Below, in pieces: positions 36,057-49,480 of a DNA stretch of 64,000 nucleotides (the first letter of the stretch is position 1; every line of letters starts with the position of its first letter). Both the position numbers and the translations under genes were made by a program. Under the pieces are notes generated by a model. It was not told the DNA's origin, searched no databases, and saw only the letters and a program-made list of their open reading frames with translations. This DNA is from Epiperipatus broadwayi (lineage: Eukaryota > Animalia > Onychophora): NCBI GenBank assembly GCA_028023455.1, contig JAQFVV010000003.1:3286001-3350000 (forward strand). Direction: 5' to 3'.

Positions 36057-37117
36057 AAATATGTATGTAAAAATCTAATAAAATACTTAATTAAGTCCAA
36101 TCTGATCTCTCTCTTTCTCACTCACTTTGATATTTATATAGTTGATGCTAGTCGAGCTCATGATCCCCATTTTGACCAGCCTACACCTGGACATGGCATA
36201 TATTAATTATTAATTCAATATTTTCTACATAAAATATTATGTAGGTTATCCTTTACATTGATAAAAATAGCAACAAAAAATTGGAATTTTTTTAATTAGT
36301 TCAAATGACAAACTTGAAAAATTTCATTACTGAACCTATATTCCATTTTGATGATTGTTTTATGAGCCATCTAAAAACTACTCCAAATTCTATTTGTCCA
36401 TAAAAATAAAAAATAAAGGTTGGAGTTAGGAATTGTACATTTTCTGATTTTTTAATTATCTGATATTAAGTAAAATTACCAATCAAAACAAATTTACTGA
36501 TAGTATTTTTTTTCTTTAAAAAATAAATAAATGTAAAAACAAACAGGTTTTAAAGGAATTTTGTTTACTTGTATAAAGTTACATAGCTTCATTTTTATAA
36601 ATAACCCCAAAGTTATTTACGAGAAAAATATCGAGTTATATTAAAAACCAAAAAAAATTATTTCACAATGTCATAGTTTTTCAATGTTGCAATGTGATTT
36701 ATCTTTACAACTATTTAAATTAAATATTATATTTGTTGTGTTTATTTAAGTATTTGATGCAATGGCATATTGTTACAAGATTGAGTGCAATTATATTAGG
36801 AACCAACTGCTTGAAAAAGTGTTCTGTTATTTTGTGATCTCTTCCTTGAATGTTTTTTAGTTTGTGAGTGTGTGTACTGGATGGATTATCTCCTGAGATT
36901 GTTGTTGAAGATGAACTTGCATCTTGGGCACTAGAGTGCATATAATAAAAAATACATGATCTGATGTCTGCATAGTTTCTTGACCAAAGGTATTAAATAG
37001 TTAAAACAAAGCAAAACTTTCCATGCAATAGTGCCACTTATAATGTGAGCCAGAGTAATCAATGAATGCAAGAAGGTTTGTGCATATAATCACTATTTAG
37101 TGTCTACTCTTCCAATA

Positions 37118-37159
37118 TCACAAGACTAGTTTCTAGCTTTTGACTTTCATCAGTAAGAA
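37118..37159 (-). ncRNA. Family B HHR motif (core intact, stem I decayed)
   Basis: CTGATGA-AAGTCAAAAGCTA-GAAACTAGTC. Confidence 0.7.
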
Positions 37160-37468
37160 ACCTTGGATCTGAGAGGACTGCACCTAGATCTTAGGATCTA
37201 ATTCTTTCCAGCAGCCACTTTTTACCTTTTTAGTTAATTGTAAAAGTATTAGTCCAAAATAAAAACACAGTACTGTTTTCATTACAAGCTCATTTGCTTG
37301 TATAGTCATATAGATCGGAAACCAGTTCATAATCTATATATTTTTATGTCTTTGGTTCTTTATTAACCATAATCACCATCATCCTATGGTCAGAATTAGT
37401 ATTAAACCATTAAATATCACATGATTGCCATTTCTTAAGATCTAGGTTCAGTGCTCTCATATCCAAGG

Positions 37469-37511
37469 CTCCTCATTGATGAAAGCCAAAAGCTAGCAAC
37501 TAGTCTGGGGA
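37469..37511 (+). ncRNA. Family B HHR motif (core mutated)
   Basis: TCCTCA-TTGATGA-AAGCCAAAAGCTA-GCAACTAGTC-TGGGGA; C3 and A13 changed. Confidence 0.7.
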
Positions 37512-37913
37512 TATTGGAAGGATGGGATCTAGATTAAAATTTTATGACAAACCTTCTTGCATCCATTGATTAGTCAGGCTTACATTAGGTGGCACTACAG
37601 TATGGAAAGTTTTGCCTGTGTTTTAACAGCTTGTGTAAACATAGGAAATGGTGATCATGTGATATTTAGTGGTTTAATATTAATCTTGCCAATAGGATGA
37701 TGGTATCTAAGGTTATTAAAGAACCAAAGATATCAAAATGTATAGATATGGTTCAGATCTATATGACTATACAAGTGAATGAGCTTGGATTGAAAACATT
37801 ATCATGTTTCATTTTGGATCCATAGCTTTATAGTTAATTAAAAACATAAACATTGTCTGCTGGATGTTGCATTAGATCTTAAAATCTAGATGCAGTGCCC
37901 TTAGATCCAATGT

Positions 37914-37955
37914 TTCTCACTGATGAAACCCAAAAGCTAGAAACTAGTCTGGCAA
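37914..37955 (+). ncRNA. Family B HHR motif (core intact, stem II damaged)
   Basis: TTCTCA-CTGATGA-AACCCAAAAGCTA-GAAACTAGTC-TGGCAA. Confidence 0.72.
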
Positions 37956-38429
37956 AATTTGAAGAGTAGGCACTAGATGGGGATTTTATGCACACACCTT
38001 CTTGAATCCATTGATTAATCTGGCTTACACTAGGTGGTACTACTATGTGAAGAGTTCTGCATCTGTTTGAACAGCTTGTGTAAGCATAGGAAGTAGTTAT
38101 CATATTATGCTTAGTGGTATTAAATAGTTGTTGGATGTTACATATTTTTCCATTAATAATTCTAATGTCAGGTTATGAAATATTGCTACTAAATAAATTT
38201 TAAAAAAATGTTGTGCTTCTGGTCAAGAAATCTTTTATTTTTTAGTAGTTCTTTTTTGCTTTAAGAAAATAGAAGCTTCTGTGTTGACTTTTAGAAGAAA
38301 GTCAAAATATTTTGGTTCCAAGGATCATATATGAAATTTTATATTAGTTGTTTAAGTTTAGGATGATTTCTTTTTCTGTTTGAGGTAAGATTGAAGTAAG
38401 TTAAATACTTCTCAGTATGTAAATATGTA

Positions 38430-39400
38430 TTTGAATGGGCAGAAGATAACATTTTCAATGTTTAAAAGTGACTCAGTGAGTTATTTTCAGTATTTTTATA
38501 AAGGGTTCATGTATCTGTGGGATAATATTAAATGCAGGTACTAAATCTGAATATGTTGGTGTACAGGCTGATATTCTATTTACAGTTTTTTGGATTCTAA
38601 ACATTTCCAAATCATGTAGTTCAAGTTTATTCTATGATAAAGTTGTAATGTTTTAATTGATATTGCAGTTTGTTTTGTCCCTAAGTAATTTTCTACATAG
38701 ATTGTTAAATCTGATTTTTGAAAGCTTTTGTAAATACTATTACTGGTGTGTAGTAAGCAATTCCTGTCATTGCCAACATATTGAATAATATGATTTTTTG
38801 CATATAGAGATGGGTAAACTTTTGATTTGATTGCATTATATTTTCAATTTTTTTAAAGTTTTTCTTGAAATTTTCCATCACATCTCTGAGTAACTAAGGT
38901 GAAAAGGGAAACCTAAAAAGGAGACTGAAGATTCTTTAAAAGATTCTGTGAATTTTTTACCTGTATAAATTTGTCATGAACTAGATTTATCAAGATTTAC
39001 TTCAAGGTTGAATTTGTTTGTGTATTCTGAAATTATTTTTGTAGAAGTAGGATGCTTTTTGTTTTTAAAAATTACTGAAACATCATCCACATAAGTTATG
39101 CATGAGAGGTTTTTGTTCAGATCTGGTATGTATATTCTTGTAAGTTAGTCTTCATTTATTTTGATAAGTGAATTGATATAAAGCATGAACAGAAATAAAT
39201 TTATTGAGCACCCTTGCAGAATGGAACTATATGTTATAATGGGAGGTGAGATTTTTTTGTTTAGGGTAATATGAATTTCCTGAAAGTAAATATTGGTTAA
39301 TATGTAAAGTGGTTTTTGCAATTAGTAGTATAAATTGATCTATTTGCACTGAGTCAAAGGCTGAATTTATGTCTAGTTGCAATATAAAAAAACCCAAGAT
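38430..39400 (-). mobile_element. Decayed LINE RT fragment (L1/Tx1-like)
   Basis: Minus-strand LDINSAFDSV, ILQGCSINLFLF, TYVDDVSV, KINLDKS, SFLGFP motifs in RT order. Confidence 0.7.
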
Positions 39401-39849
39401 ATTTTATTCAAATCTAAGCATTACCAAAAAATGTATGCAAATAAAACTATATTTCTGAAATAAAATTTTAAATGATATAATTCAAAATATGCTTTCTAGC
39501 TATCAACAATAATTGTTATATATGACTTACATCACAAAATCAAAGAAAAGAATTTTAACTTATATATATATAATTAAATATTTTTTATTTATCAACACTT
39601 TTTAAAAAATAAGCACAGATCTCCTATTTATGATCTAATTTTTATACAAAAATAATCCAGCCACAAAGAAAGCATTCTCAGATTGTACATTTGTTGGTTT
39701 AGTGGTCATTAGGAAATCATATGCCCAATCGATATTTTTTGTTGAAAACCGGCCATTTATTTTTTGATGACTTAATGTAAATTTTTAGTTTTCTTTCGGA
39801 TTAGAGTTGGTCCTTTATGGGATTCCTAAGTTTTTATCTTTATAATGAA

Positions 39850-41500
39850 TTGAAGTTTTTCTTTCATTGATTATATAGTAGTAGTAGATATCAAAGAAAT
39901 TAGGCTTACAAAATTTTTGGAATTAGAAACATTATTTCTGATAATTCAGTAATATCTGTTTAATTTTTATTATACTGTGTTTCCCCAAAAATAAGACTGG
40001 GTCATGTATTAATTTTTGCTCCAAAAGATGGCTTAGGGCTTATTTTCAGGGGATATCTTTTTTTTTTCCATGTACAAAACTCTAAATTTTTTCAATATTA
40101 CTACCATAATTTCAACAGCACATAAATGGCTTTTACTACTGCTTAAATATGTAATATTTAGGATCATAAACATATCACAGAACATTCTTGTTCTATTTAA
40201 AAGTTGTTCCTGAGAATATTAAGTTATTTCTGTGCTGCTGAAATTAATAATATTTAATTTAAAATAATATAAGAAACGTTAAGTTGTTTTGATTAATTTG
40301 TGAATTAAAGTCTGCTATTAATAAGTTTCAACATTTTTTAATATCAATGTTAATTTATTTATAAAATATACCATTGGAAGTCAGATTAAAAAGGAGTTCA
40401 TATATCAACTGAATAGAGGTGTATTGATAAATGAACAAAATTGTATTTACAAATTTATTAAAATGATTTTATGAATCTGCTTGCCAAATAATTCTGAATA
40501 ACATTTATTCAAGTACAAAATCTACATTTATATTTATTTATATATTCATTACTTTATAATTCAATACATCCATCATGTGTTTCAATGAATGAATGAAATC
40601 TGTCTGTCAGACTGACAATCTTAACTAGAGCTGAACAATTAGGCTAAGGCTTATTTTCTGGTTAGGTATTATGTTCGAAAAAACATAGTGTATGCATTCA
40701 ATTAATTCCATAATTTTTTCATAATTGTAATTATACTGATTTTAATAAAAATTTCATAATCTTCATCATTCAAATTTTTGAGATTGGAATCAAAAAATAG
40801 TATAAACTATCAGATTAATAAGTTTGTTTTTCTTTTATACAATGTATCAAATCATTCTTAAATTCTTTATTTAGAAGTATGTTTTGATTTCTTTGTTCAT
40901 CTACCATGAATTTCCGTGTAATACAGCAATTTACAAATTAATATTTTCACAACAAAGTGTTTCAGCAGAAAGTTTTATCAATTTTAATGCTAATATTGTG
41001 CCAGGCAACAATATAAGTTCATTGTCATTAGAGTTGATATCTGATTTTAAATCTATGAAACCCTATCTAATACAATTTTTAATCATCAAGAAACATTACA
41101 ATATATCCAGAAAACTATTCCAGTGAGTTTTAGAGTCTAGTTTAGTGAAAATTCTTTATTAATTTATTCTTTTGCATGTTTTGTTGTATATCATTTTTTG
41201 TCAATGATTTTCAAAATATTTTGAACACTACTTGTATTTTTATCAGATAATGGACTTTTATATTTTGTTAAGAATTTGAGAATCAATAAACATATACTGT
41301 TTCTAAAACATCATTATTTTCAAGATTTTCATCAATTTCATCTTCAAAGCTGGCAAAGTCATCTGTTTCAGATAATTCCATGGATTTCTGATTCATCTTC
41401 AGTTTCATATAAATTATTTTTACTATAAACAACTTTGATTATAGACTATTGCATTCCATATACAAAATATAATTGATTTGCATCAATCAATTTCATTGAT
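39850..41500 (-). mobile_element. Decayed piggyBac-like transposase relic
   Basis: Acidic N-terminal stretch (ETDDFASFEDEIDENLE) followed by YIVPG, KNYGIN...LC and FSGTTFK.NK-like remnants; heavily interrupted. Confidence 0.4.
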
Positions 41501-42299
41501 TTCCTCATTACTAAAGCTCCCTCTGTAGCTATTGATACAATGAGAATTATATATTTGCCAGTGAACATAGATCCATGAATATGATATAATCCAAAGTTTT
41601 TAAATTTATTGTTATTTTCATTCATACTTTGGCAAACCTTAATAGATGTCCACTCATTTCATGTTAAATGCTTTATTATCAAGTTTATGTTCATATTTCA
41701 CTGATTATTTCTTGCCTCCTTTTCAAAATTGTTTTTGAAGATTTAGCAATGTCTCTATAGCTCTTTGTGATTAATAAAATGGAATTACAATCCTTGCTAT
41801 CATTTGTGCCACTCTAATAGGAAAGGATTCAATGATTTTTTTTTAAAAATATGAATAAATTTTTGATTAAGAATCAATAATCTCAGCTGAAGTAAATGTG
41901 TTATCAGGTTTTTTTTTCATTTTAATAGATAAATTGTGTGTTGGTTATTTGAACTGCTGATATTTCCAGCTGCTTCTTTTATTTGTTTTGAGCATTGTTT
42001 ACACACAACTACATATTTTGCTACTTTACAATTAAAATAATAGCCCAATGGCTGCAAAAAAAGTAAAAATACTGAAAATAATAACATTTTGCAAAACCAT
42101 CTAAGGTAGACTTCCTGACTTACAAATATTGGTACTTACAACCAATATTTTAAAAATATTAAAAATTTTATTTTTTATATAATCTAACAATAAAATAGAA
42201 ATTGATAAAAATATATTCATTATACAATGCAATTTATAAAATAAAATGTCATCTGCCAATAAGATTTATTCCTAAAGTACAAACTGTTTACTATGGACA

Positions 42300-43750
42300 T
42301 AATGAGTTCTTTAAGACCTTCTTAGTGTCATAAATAATTTTAATATAAATAAAGTCATTCTTTCAAATTCTAAGAACTATATTAAAAAGACATATTTCCT
42401 GATAAATTCACATGTTAGATCAAATCAAATTTTTTTAAATAGGAGCATCAAAATATTTTTCACAAACATCAGTAATAAAAGACCATCTGAACTTACTTTG
42501 ATTTTTTTTTATTTTGCATATTACATAATAGTGCATCTGTAGATTATGAATCACTGATTGTAGCTGCTGTTAGCTTCACTCACAACTTTCCAGGTTTTGT
42601 ATAGCATGAACCATGTATTTTGTATATGTGTGACAATAGAAGTAAAAAAGCTGTATATGCACCATATTGATATATGTAATTTACTGAATTACTAACACAT
42701 TGCACTATTTATTAACAAACCAGGTTAATATATTACAATTCCTAGTTAGAATTATTACATATTCTTGTTTAACACTACTTTTCATTTCAAATGCTTCAGA
42801 TGATGCATAACCAGTAATAGTATTTCCTCTCTTATCATCATGTAAAAACTGTATGATATAAATACACTTTAGTAGATAATATTTTTGATTAACAATGTCA
42901 AATATTTTAACCAAATTGATGAAAGTAATATATCAATCTCATCTTTATTCCTAATACTTTTCTTGCATTTGATTTCGCAGCAAAAATAATGATATCTATA
43001 TGCCTTTTGATTCTAAAAAAACTACAGAGTATTTGTTAATCATTCATCTTTAATTTTAAGCAACTTATTCAACAAATCCTCGAAAATACTTTTGTTGTAG
43101 TGAATAACAATGATGTTACATAAATGCAGCAGTCTTTTCTATCGCCCCTTTATCTTTATAAATTAAAACAAAAGGAACAATCTTAATATCAAGTAGCACA
43201 ATTTTATAATTATATCAGGCATGCTTCAAAATTTTTCAAAGATCCCATCAGGACACACATTGAATTCCTTTTTAAAATCATCAAGACTTGTTTAACCTCA
43301 TCAAACTGAATATTTTTTTCATAAATTTAAATGTAATCATTTAACATTTTGTAAACTACTTAAAAGGATGATCAATCTATTCAGATGTTTGATACTTCCA
43401 TTTCATCAGATGAATAAAAGTTCTTTACAAAATATATGCAGAGTAATAGAGTGATTTAAGTTTATGCTTTAGTGGATGGTTGTCATAAATAATAGAGAAA
43501 AGATAGGAATGCATTGATAAAAAGTAAAAACATAAACCATTATATTGTGCAATTTTTTTAAGCAGGCGTGAACCCATACATAGATTTACAACTCCTTTGA
43601 ATAATTATTAAATGATGTGTGCACATAAATAACTGACATATACTTAAAAGTAGATGAATTATGAAGGATATGTTGGAAATATTTGTGAAGTTTAAGAGAA
43701 TGAAAAATGAGTGATGAGCTAAAAGAAGAAATAGTTCTAAGCTTTTGATA
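42300..43750 (-). mobile_element. Second decayed piggyBac-like transposase relic
   Basis: Weak remnants in piggyBac order (LHL, KCIYIIQFLHDDKRG, LTWFVNK.CNVL, SYNQ). Confidence 0.33.
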
Positions 43751-44479
43751 TATAGAATATTTTAAAAAAAGGTTTAGAGAAGGATTTCAAATTGATGCGC
43801 AAAACTTGCCTTTTCTGTAGATAACAAATAATGATGATGATTGATCGGAGATAATAAGACATGGATTCCCAGACAGAGATTAAAAAGTTGATTTTCTTAT
43901 GTAATTGAAATTACTCCATATTATTTTCAATCACCCATTTTATTTCATTTTTGATGATAGAAATTTGTCCAGTTAATCACAATAAATGCTTCCTTCTCCG
44001 ACGAACACAAGTCGTGTCACCCAAATACATTAAGTTTTTTGTTATTTTAATGAGAAAAACCATAAATTCTGTCAAAGTATTTTATTTTATGAGTGGTTTT
44101 CGTAAATTTAAAGAAAAAAAATTTTTTAAAAAAAATCTGATCAGATGGTAATTTTAATAAAAGTTATGGGTTTTTTTTTTAAATAAAAAAAAAGAAAAAG
44201 AAAATAAATTATTCCGACAGTTTACGGATAAAGTAGTGGATGAAGATTTTTTTTTTTGTACTTTATTGTTTTTCCTAATATTTTTAAAAGACAGACAATG
44301 ACAAAGAACTGTTGGTTTAGATTGTAGTTTATAAAGCAGCTTTTTCTTTTATTGCAGAATGAATCATTCTTTTTTTTTTTAATTTCCTCAGATTTTATTA
44401 TAACATAAAATAAAGAGAAAGAAAAACAAATATTGTAGTAAAATAACAAAGAAATTTTAGAATGAAGAAAATAAAAGTT

Positions 44480-44900
44480 ACGTTAATGCAGTATATATGT
44501 TTGCATGTGTGTTAAATCTCTGCCAAAAGACATTATGGTGCTAGGCAATAAGGTACTATGATCAAATGATGAACTTGATCATCATTGTTATAATTTGACA
44601 TTGTTTGTCAAACGTTTAATTCAAATTATTGCAACAGCAATATAATATATTGTAATGAGATCTTTATATCATTTAGTCCATAGTTCCTACATTGTTTGCA
44701 TTTTTCAACAGATTATCATCTATGAAACTGGATAAGCTCTGTGCAGAAAAATATTGGAGTCAAAAGCTAAAGGTTCCTGAATCGATTTTCAGCTTAAAAA
44801 CAAAATAAAAGACTCAGTTTCGTTAAATGAAAGAAATTGTTGTGTTCAATCCGCTTCTTGGATGCTTGAACGTCACATGATCTCCTAAACACATAATTAC
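44480..44900 (+). mobile_element. Possible mariner transposase relic
   Basis: IIIYET-like first-D motif context; very decayed. Confidence 0.25.
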
Positions 44901-45269
44901 ATAAATATTACTAATGGAATGAAATACTACAAACGCGAGGAGATTATTGTTTAAATGTTTTAGGATTTTTAAAATTAAATAAACGATCAAGCTCAGTTTC
45001 CTGAGAAGAAAAACTCTGAATATGAGTTTGGTTAATAATAAAATGAAGTTAATAATAGAGAAAACGGAAAAATAGCTACTGAAGAATTATCTAAAATAAA
45101 ACCAAAAAAAAAAAAAAAACTATACTAATTATGTGATCATAATTATGATAAGTAAATGAGAAAGGAAGTAAATGAGATAAATGATATGAACTAAGATTGT
45201 TCTTCAAATAGAGCTGTAATTAAAAAGACCAAATAATTAATTAATTGTAATTTGATTACTCCAGAGATG

Positions 45270-45640
45270 TAGAAACAACAAAAAAATGTGCACATTTCAA
45301 CTAGGGCTTCTTGTTCCTATTTAATGCAATAATAAACATCCTGTTCGAGTTACTACTTAAAAATAACTTCAACTGAGATTATGAAATCATCCTTGGGAAA
45401 AGTGAGAACAGGAAATCAAAAGTACCTTCCATTAAAGTGAGAAAATAAATAGAAGAAAATTTTAAAGGCTAGCCTAGCCTATGTTATTATTTTGTGACCC
45501 TACAAACAAAGGGGGTAAACTTAAACTGTAAGTAGCAAAACTTACTAATCTTAATATTCATTTTGTATATAAAATATATATTTAATTGCCTTTATAATGT
45601 ACTTATAATAATGTAGCTTGATCCCACGTGTACTAAGAAA
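45270..45640 (+). repeat. Diverged dispersed repeat, homologous to 50540-50900 (possibly old LTRs)
   Basis: Shared GTGCACATTT(C/T)AACTA(G/A)GGCTTCTTGTTCCTA...GCAATAATAAACATC and downstream blocks to TTGATCCCA. Confidence 0.6.
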
Positions 45641-46469
45641 TGTGTGTAAAGTGAAATAAAATATTCCATATTAAAGATTTTTGAAATATACTTGAGTTTG
45701 TGGTATTATTTATTTAACAAATTTTTCTTGCTTGTACCATATTATTAGGTTTCAACTATATTTGATTTTATCATTCTCATGCTGCCGATAAGGCATGTTA
45801 GCTGAAACAGTGAGTATTGGATTTTAAATCCTATTGTTAACCAACAAGCAGTTGGCTTTAATTACTGATAATCCCATTTTAACAAACTTTGCACTAAACA
45901 GATTAAGGCAGGTGTTACTATAGCTCCAAGATTTTGAATCTATTTTAATAGTAAAAAGTAGTTGGCATAATTAAATGATGAAATACTGAGTCAATAGATA
46001 TTGGACATTAGGAATGATTTTATTTAAATTTTGAAGTAGATTAATAAAACAAGTGTGTATTTTTACTCTAAGCTTAAATAATCAGTGGTTATCAAATGAG
46101 TTATTGCATTTTAAATCCCTGTCCTCTCATTGGTTTCTGACTTTGGCCTTTATCATTGAAGCTTAGGATGCAAGGCTGGAAATGACATGTTTATACATTT
46201 AATATGCATTTTTAATTCCATTTTATATTTCAAGTTAACAACTTAAAAATTCAAAATCAATCTACCATTTTTTGAGTCCACGTCAACTCTTATACAAATT
46301 TAATTTTAATATTTCTGTAATTTAATACTGTCAGATCTTAATTAACTTTAGGGACATTTTTTCTGACTAAGATTATTCATCGAAATAAAATCATTTAGCC
46401 TTCCATCCCATACAATGTATGATTAACATGTGATGTGATGTACTATAGCTTTTCCTTAAACAAAGTCAA

Positions 46470-47220
46470 GAATCTCTCAGCAATTATGCCTAGAGAAACC
46501 TGTTAGTCACTTTATTTTCCATTCCCCAGTCTAAGTTTTCCCATATTCTGCTCCATCCCATTTCCACAACATAATCTTTGTCAACTCTATGGCCTTTATA
46601 TCTAAACCCCCCTTATCTTTTCCCAAACCCAGCATAAAAACCAATAATCCACTTTCTGTATAATCACTTTTTTCATATTTATTCTTTCATAACTTCATTA
46701 TATGTACCCTTTCTGTTTTCAAGCATTTACATTCAATTAACAGATGCCTAATATTTTCTATTCCTTCCTTACATAATTTACAGACTAAATCACCCATATT
46801 TTTCCACTTACATGTATATTCTCTTGTTGCTAAAGATCCCGTTCGAGCCTTAAACAATAAACTACTCTCCTTACTATTATCATATATTAACTCGCACCTA
46901 ATATTCTGTTTATTTTTATATATATTTAAACTCTTTTTACTCTCCATACTAGTTCTCCATCTCTCTAACTCCCTATTCTTTATTAATAAATTTATTTTTT
47001 TATCTCATTCCTTACCCTAGCACAATCATCCCATCTTTTGTACAAATATACTGATATAAATTCTTTACCCAAATCTTTTGCATACCGCCTTACCTTTCTC
47101 ACCCATCTTGTTGCTTTTTACTGCAGTGCCATCTATTGTAATCTTGAGTAATCAATGACTCCAAATTCCCTATTATTTTTTTAAATTCCCATCCTCAAAC
47201 CAAATCTGGCTTTTACCTTT
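46470..47220 (-). mobile_element. 3' fragment of a non-LTR retrotransposon with C-terminal CCHC domain
   Basis: LLFKARTGSL...CKLCKEGIENIRHLLIEC (ORF 46687-46947). Confidence 0.8.
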
Positions 47221-49009
47221 ACCAGTAAAGTTTAGTATTCAAATTTTGAAGTAAAGCAGGCATCTATCTAACATAACTAGTTTTAAATCCCAAATCTCAT
47301 TGATAATGATAAAGACAAAAGCCAATTTAAAGGATGGGTATTTAAAATGCAATAGGCATCTAATAATTGCTAATTACTCAAGTTTACAGTAGATGGTACT
47401 GAAGTGGAATTGTTCTTTTTTTTTTTTTATTATTATCATATATTGTGTGAGTTGGTAAATTAACTGACTTTTTTTCTGTTATTATTATTAAATTAGTAAA
47501 GATGAATCAAACAGTTATTAGGGAGTTTGGTATTGAAAATCTAATTGGATAGATGTCATTTACCCTGTAAAAAATATATTCATTATGAACAAAATAGAAG
47601 AAAATAAAATCAAGATAGCAAGTAATATGTGTATATTTTTCAGAACAGAAAATAATTAAAATCACTAATCATTTATGTGAAATTGTAAAACTTGAGGATT
47701 TCTCTTAAAATTATACTTAAGTTGCATTTTAAAAGGAAAACAAAGGGGATGGAATTTCATGAATATGATATTGCACTTAAGCATCTAGCTAAAAATTGCT
47801 TTATGATGATTCTTTTGTAAAAGCCTTCTTAAGTAATATCTCTGGAATACAATAAAATATTGAAGCGGTAGCTTCTAGATAATCTATTGTATAAAGAAAC
47901 AGTCAAAAAATAAATAGTTTATAAAAATGACTTAGACCCAACTTTGTAATAAATGTGTATTCAAAAATCATAAACCAGATATTCAAAAAACAGAGAATAT
48001 GGCTTCTAAGAATGTCAATAAATCTGAATCTAATACAAAAAAAATATGTTTTAGATTATATAACTCAAAATTATAAATACAATTCTGACCATACTACTAA
48101 TTGTGGATTAGAAGTTCAGCTTGCAATTATATCTTTTGGAATAACAACAACATCTAATATATTTCAGACCAAGATTGATTCCATATTTCAAAGAATAAAA
48201 GAAGTCATTTATTAATTTGGTAATATACTTATTGCTATGATAGCAAAAACATCCCTGATGCAATGTGAGAAGGAAGTATATCATAATTGGATAAGCTTGG
48301 AGACACATTAAATGAGAAAAATTAAATATCCATGAGCTGAAGTTTCTTGGTCATCTAATTTCTAACAAAGGTGAATCACCTCTTTCAGAAAAGATGTGGA
48401 AAGTGAAAAATGCTCTTAGACTGAAAATTATAGGCCTTTTAGAGGCATCAGTTATTTTAAAAATTTCTTTAAAAGCTCATGTAACCTATCTATTATATAA
48501 TTTGCTAAGTAGAAATAAGAAATAAATCTGTAATGGTCAAGACAATATATTTTTACTTATTTATTATAATAGCAATGTTCAGATGACATCCTTAGTGCTC
48601 TGGAATGTAATATAGGAGTAATATTAGACCATCCAATCTATAGTTGGCAAAAATTAATAGCTTATAAATCCAGAAAACTGCTTTGTGCAGAGTCAGTTGG
48701 ACAAAAAAAGCCCTGGGTAGATAGAATAAAAAAATTCTATCAATATCTACATGAACATTTTTTCCCTATAGTAATGAACTGCAAGTCACATTTTATCCCA
48801 TTTACAAGTTTAAACCAATAACAGTTCATTTGTCTGTACATATTTGGTTAAATATGTTGCCAACATATGATTCTAACTTGAACTATAAAAAAAAAAAATT
48901 CAACACACAGACATATTATCAAGAATCTCTGATAAATTTAAATATAAAAAGCCAAGAGGTTGAAATATTGTTCAATCAAATGTCCTGAATAATAAAATCG
49001 TAGCAGATT

Positions 49010-49480
49010 GGATTTGAAAAGACAATGGATATCCAAAAATAATTAAGTGGATCACCACCCAAGCATCTCAAAATATTGCCAGTATTCTTCCTCAAAAACA
49101 TTAATAAAGTATTGATACCATTCACAAAGATAAGACAAAAATTTAAAGTACTTTATCAGGAAGGATAATTAAGTGTTACAGTATTAGCAAAAAGCTACAT
49201 CTGTTGACTGAAAATCAGTATTGGAAGTTCAAAACTATATTAAGACACTCTTAATCAGTCTAAGATGGCTATGAATATGAGGACCCTGGTCCTCAAAAGT
49301 GCTTAGCCACATACATAAATACATATATTTAGTTTGTATCTATCTGTATTAATATTTCTTTCTCTTCAGCTTTGTGTGTTCATGTATTTTAGCACATTTT
49401 ATCATTTTATACTTTAGAATAATTAGCCATAAAGTTTAAACTTTTTGCTCATTTCAATTATATTAAGAAATGTAAATTGT
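49010..49480 (+). mobile_element. 3' fragment of a Penelope-like element (GIY-YIG C-terminus plus pLTR)
   Basis: FKVLYQE...KSYI..LK remnants followed by an HHR-like hairpin; interrupts the Gypsy relic. Confidence 0.5.
49267..49308 (+). ncRNA. Decayed HHR motif in PLE pLTR
   Basis: GGCT-ATGAATA-T-GAGGAC-CCTG-GTCCTC-AAAA-GTGC-TT-AGCC; perfect 6-bp stem II and GGCT/AGCC stem I; three core substitutions. Confidence 0.55.

Larger units (their letters stand above)
37003..38115 (-). mobile_element. Family B multimer: ~1 monomer (37003-37437) plus inverted ~1.5 monomers (37437-38115); three HHR motifs
   Basis: 14-bp direct repeat GGTATTAAATAGTT (36989-37002, 38116-38129) flanks the whole structure; head-to-tail unit of 444 nt between GTC sites 37505 and 37949. 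Confidence 0.87.
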
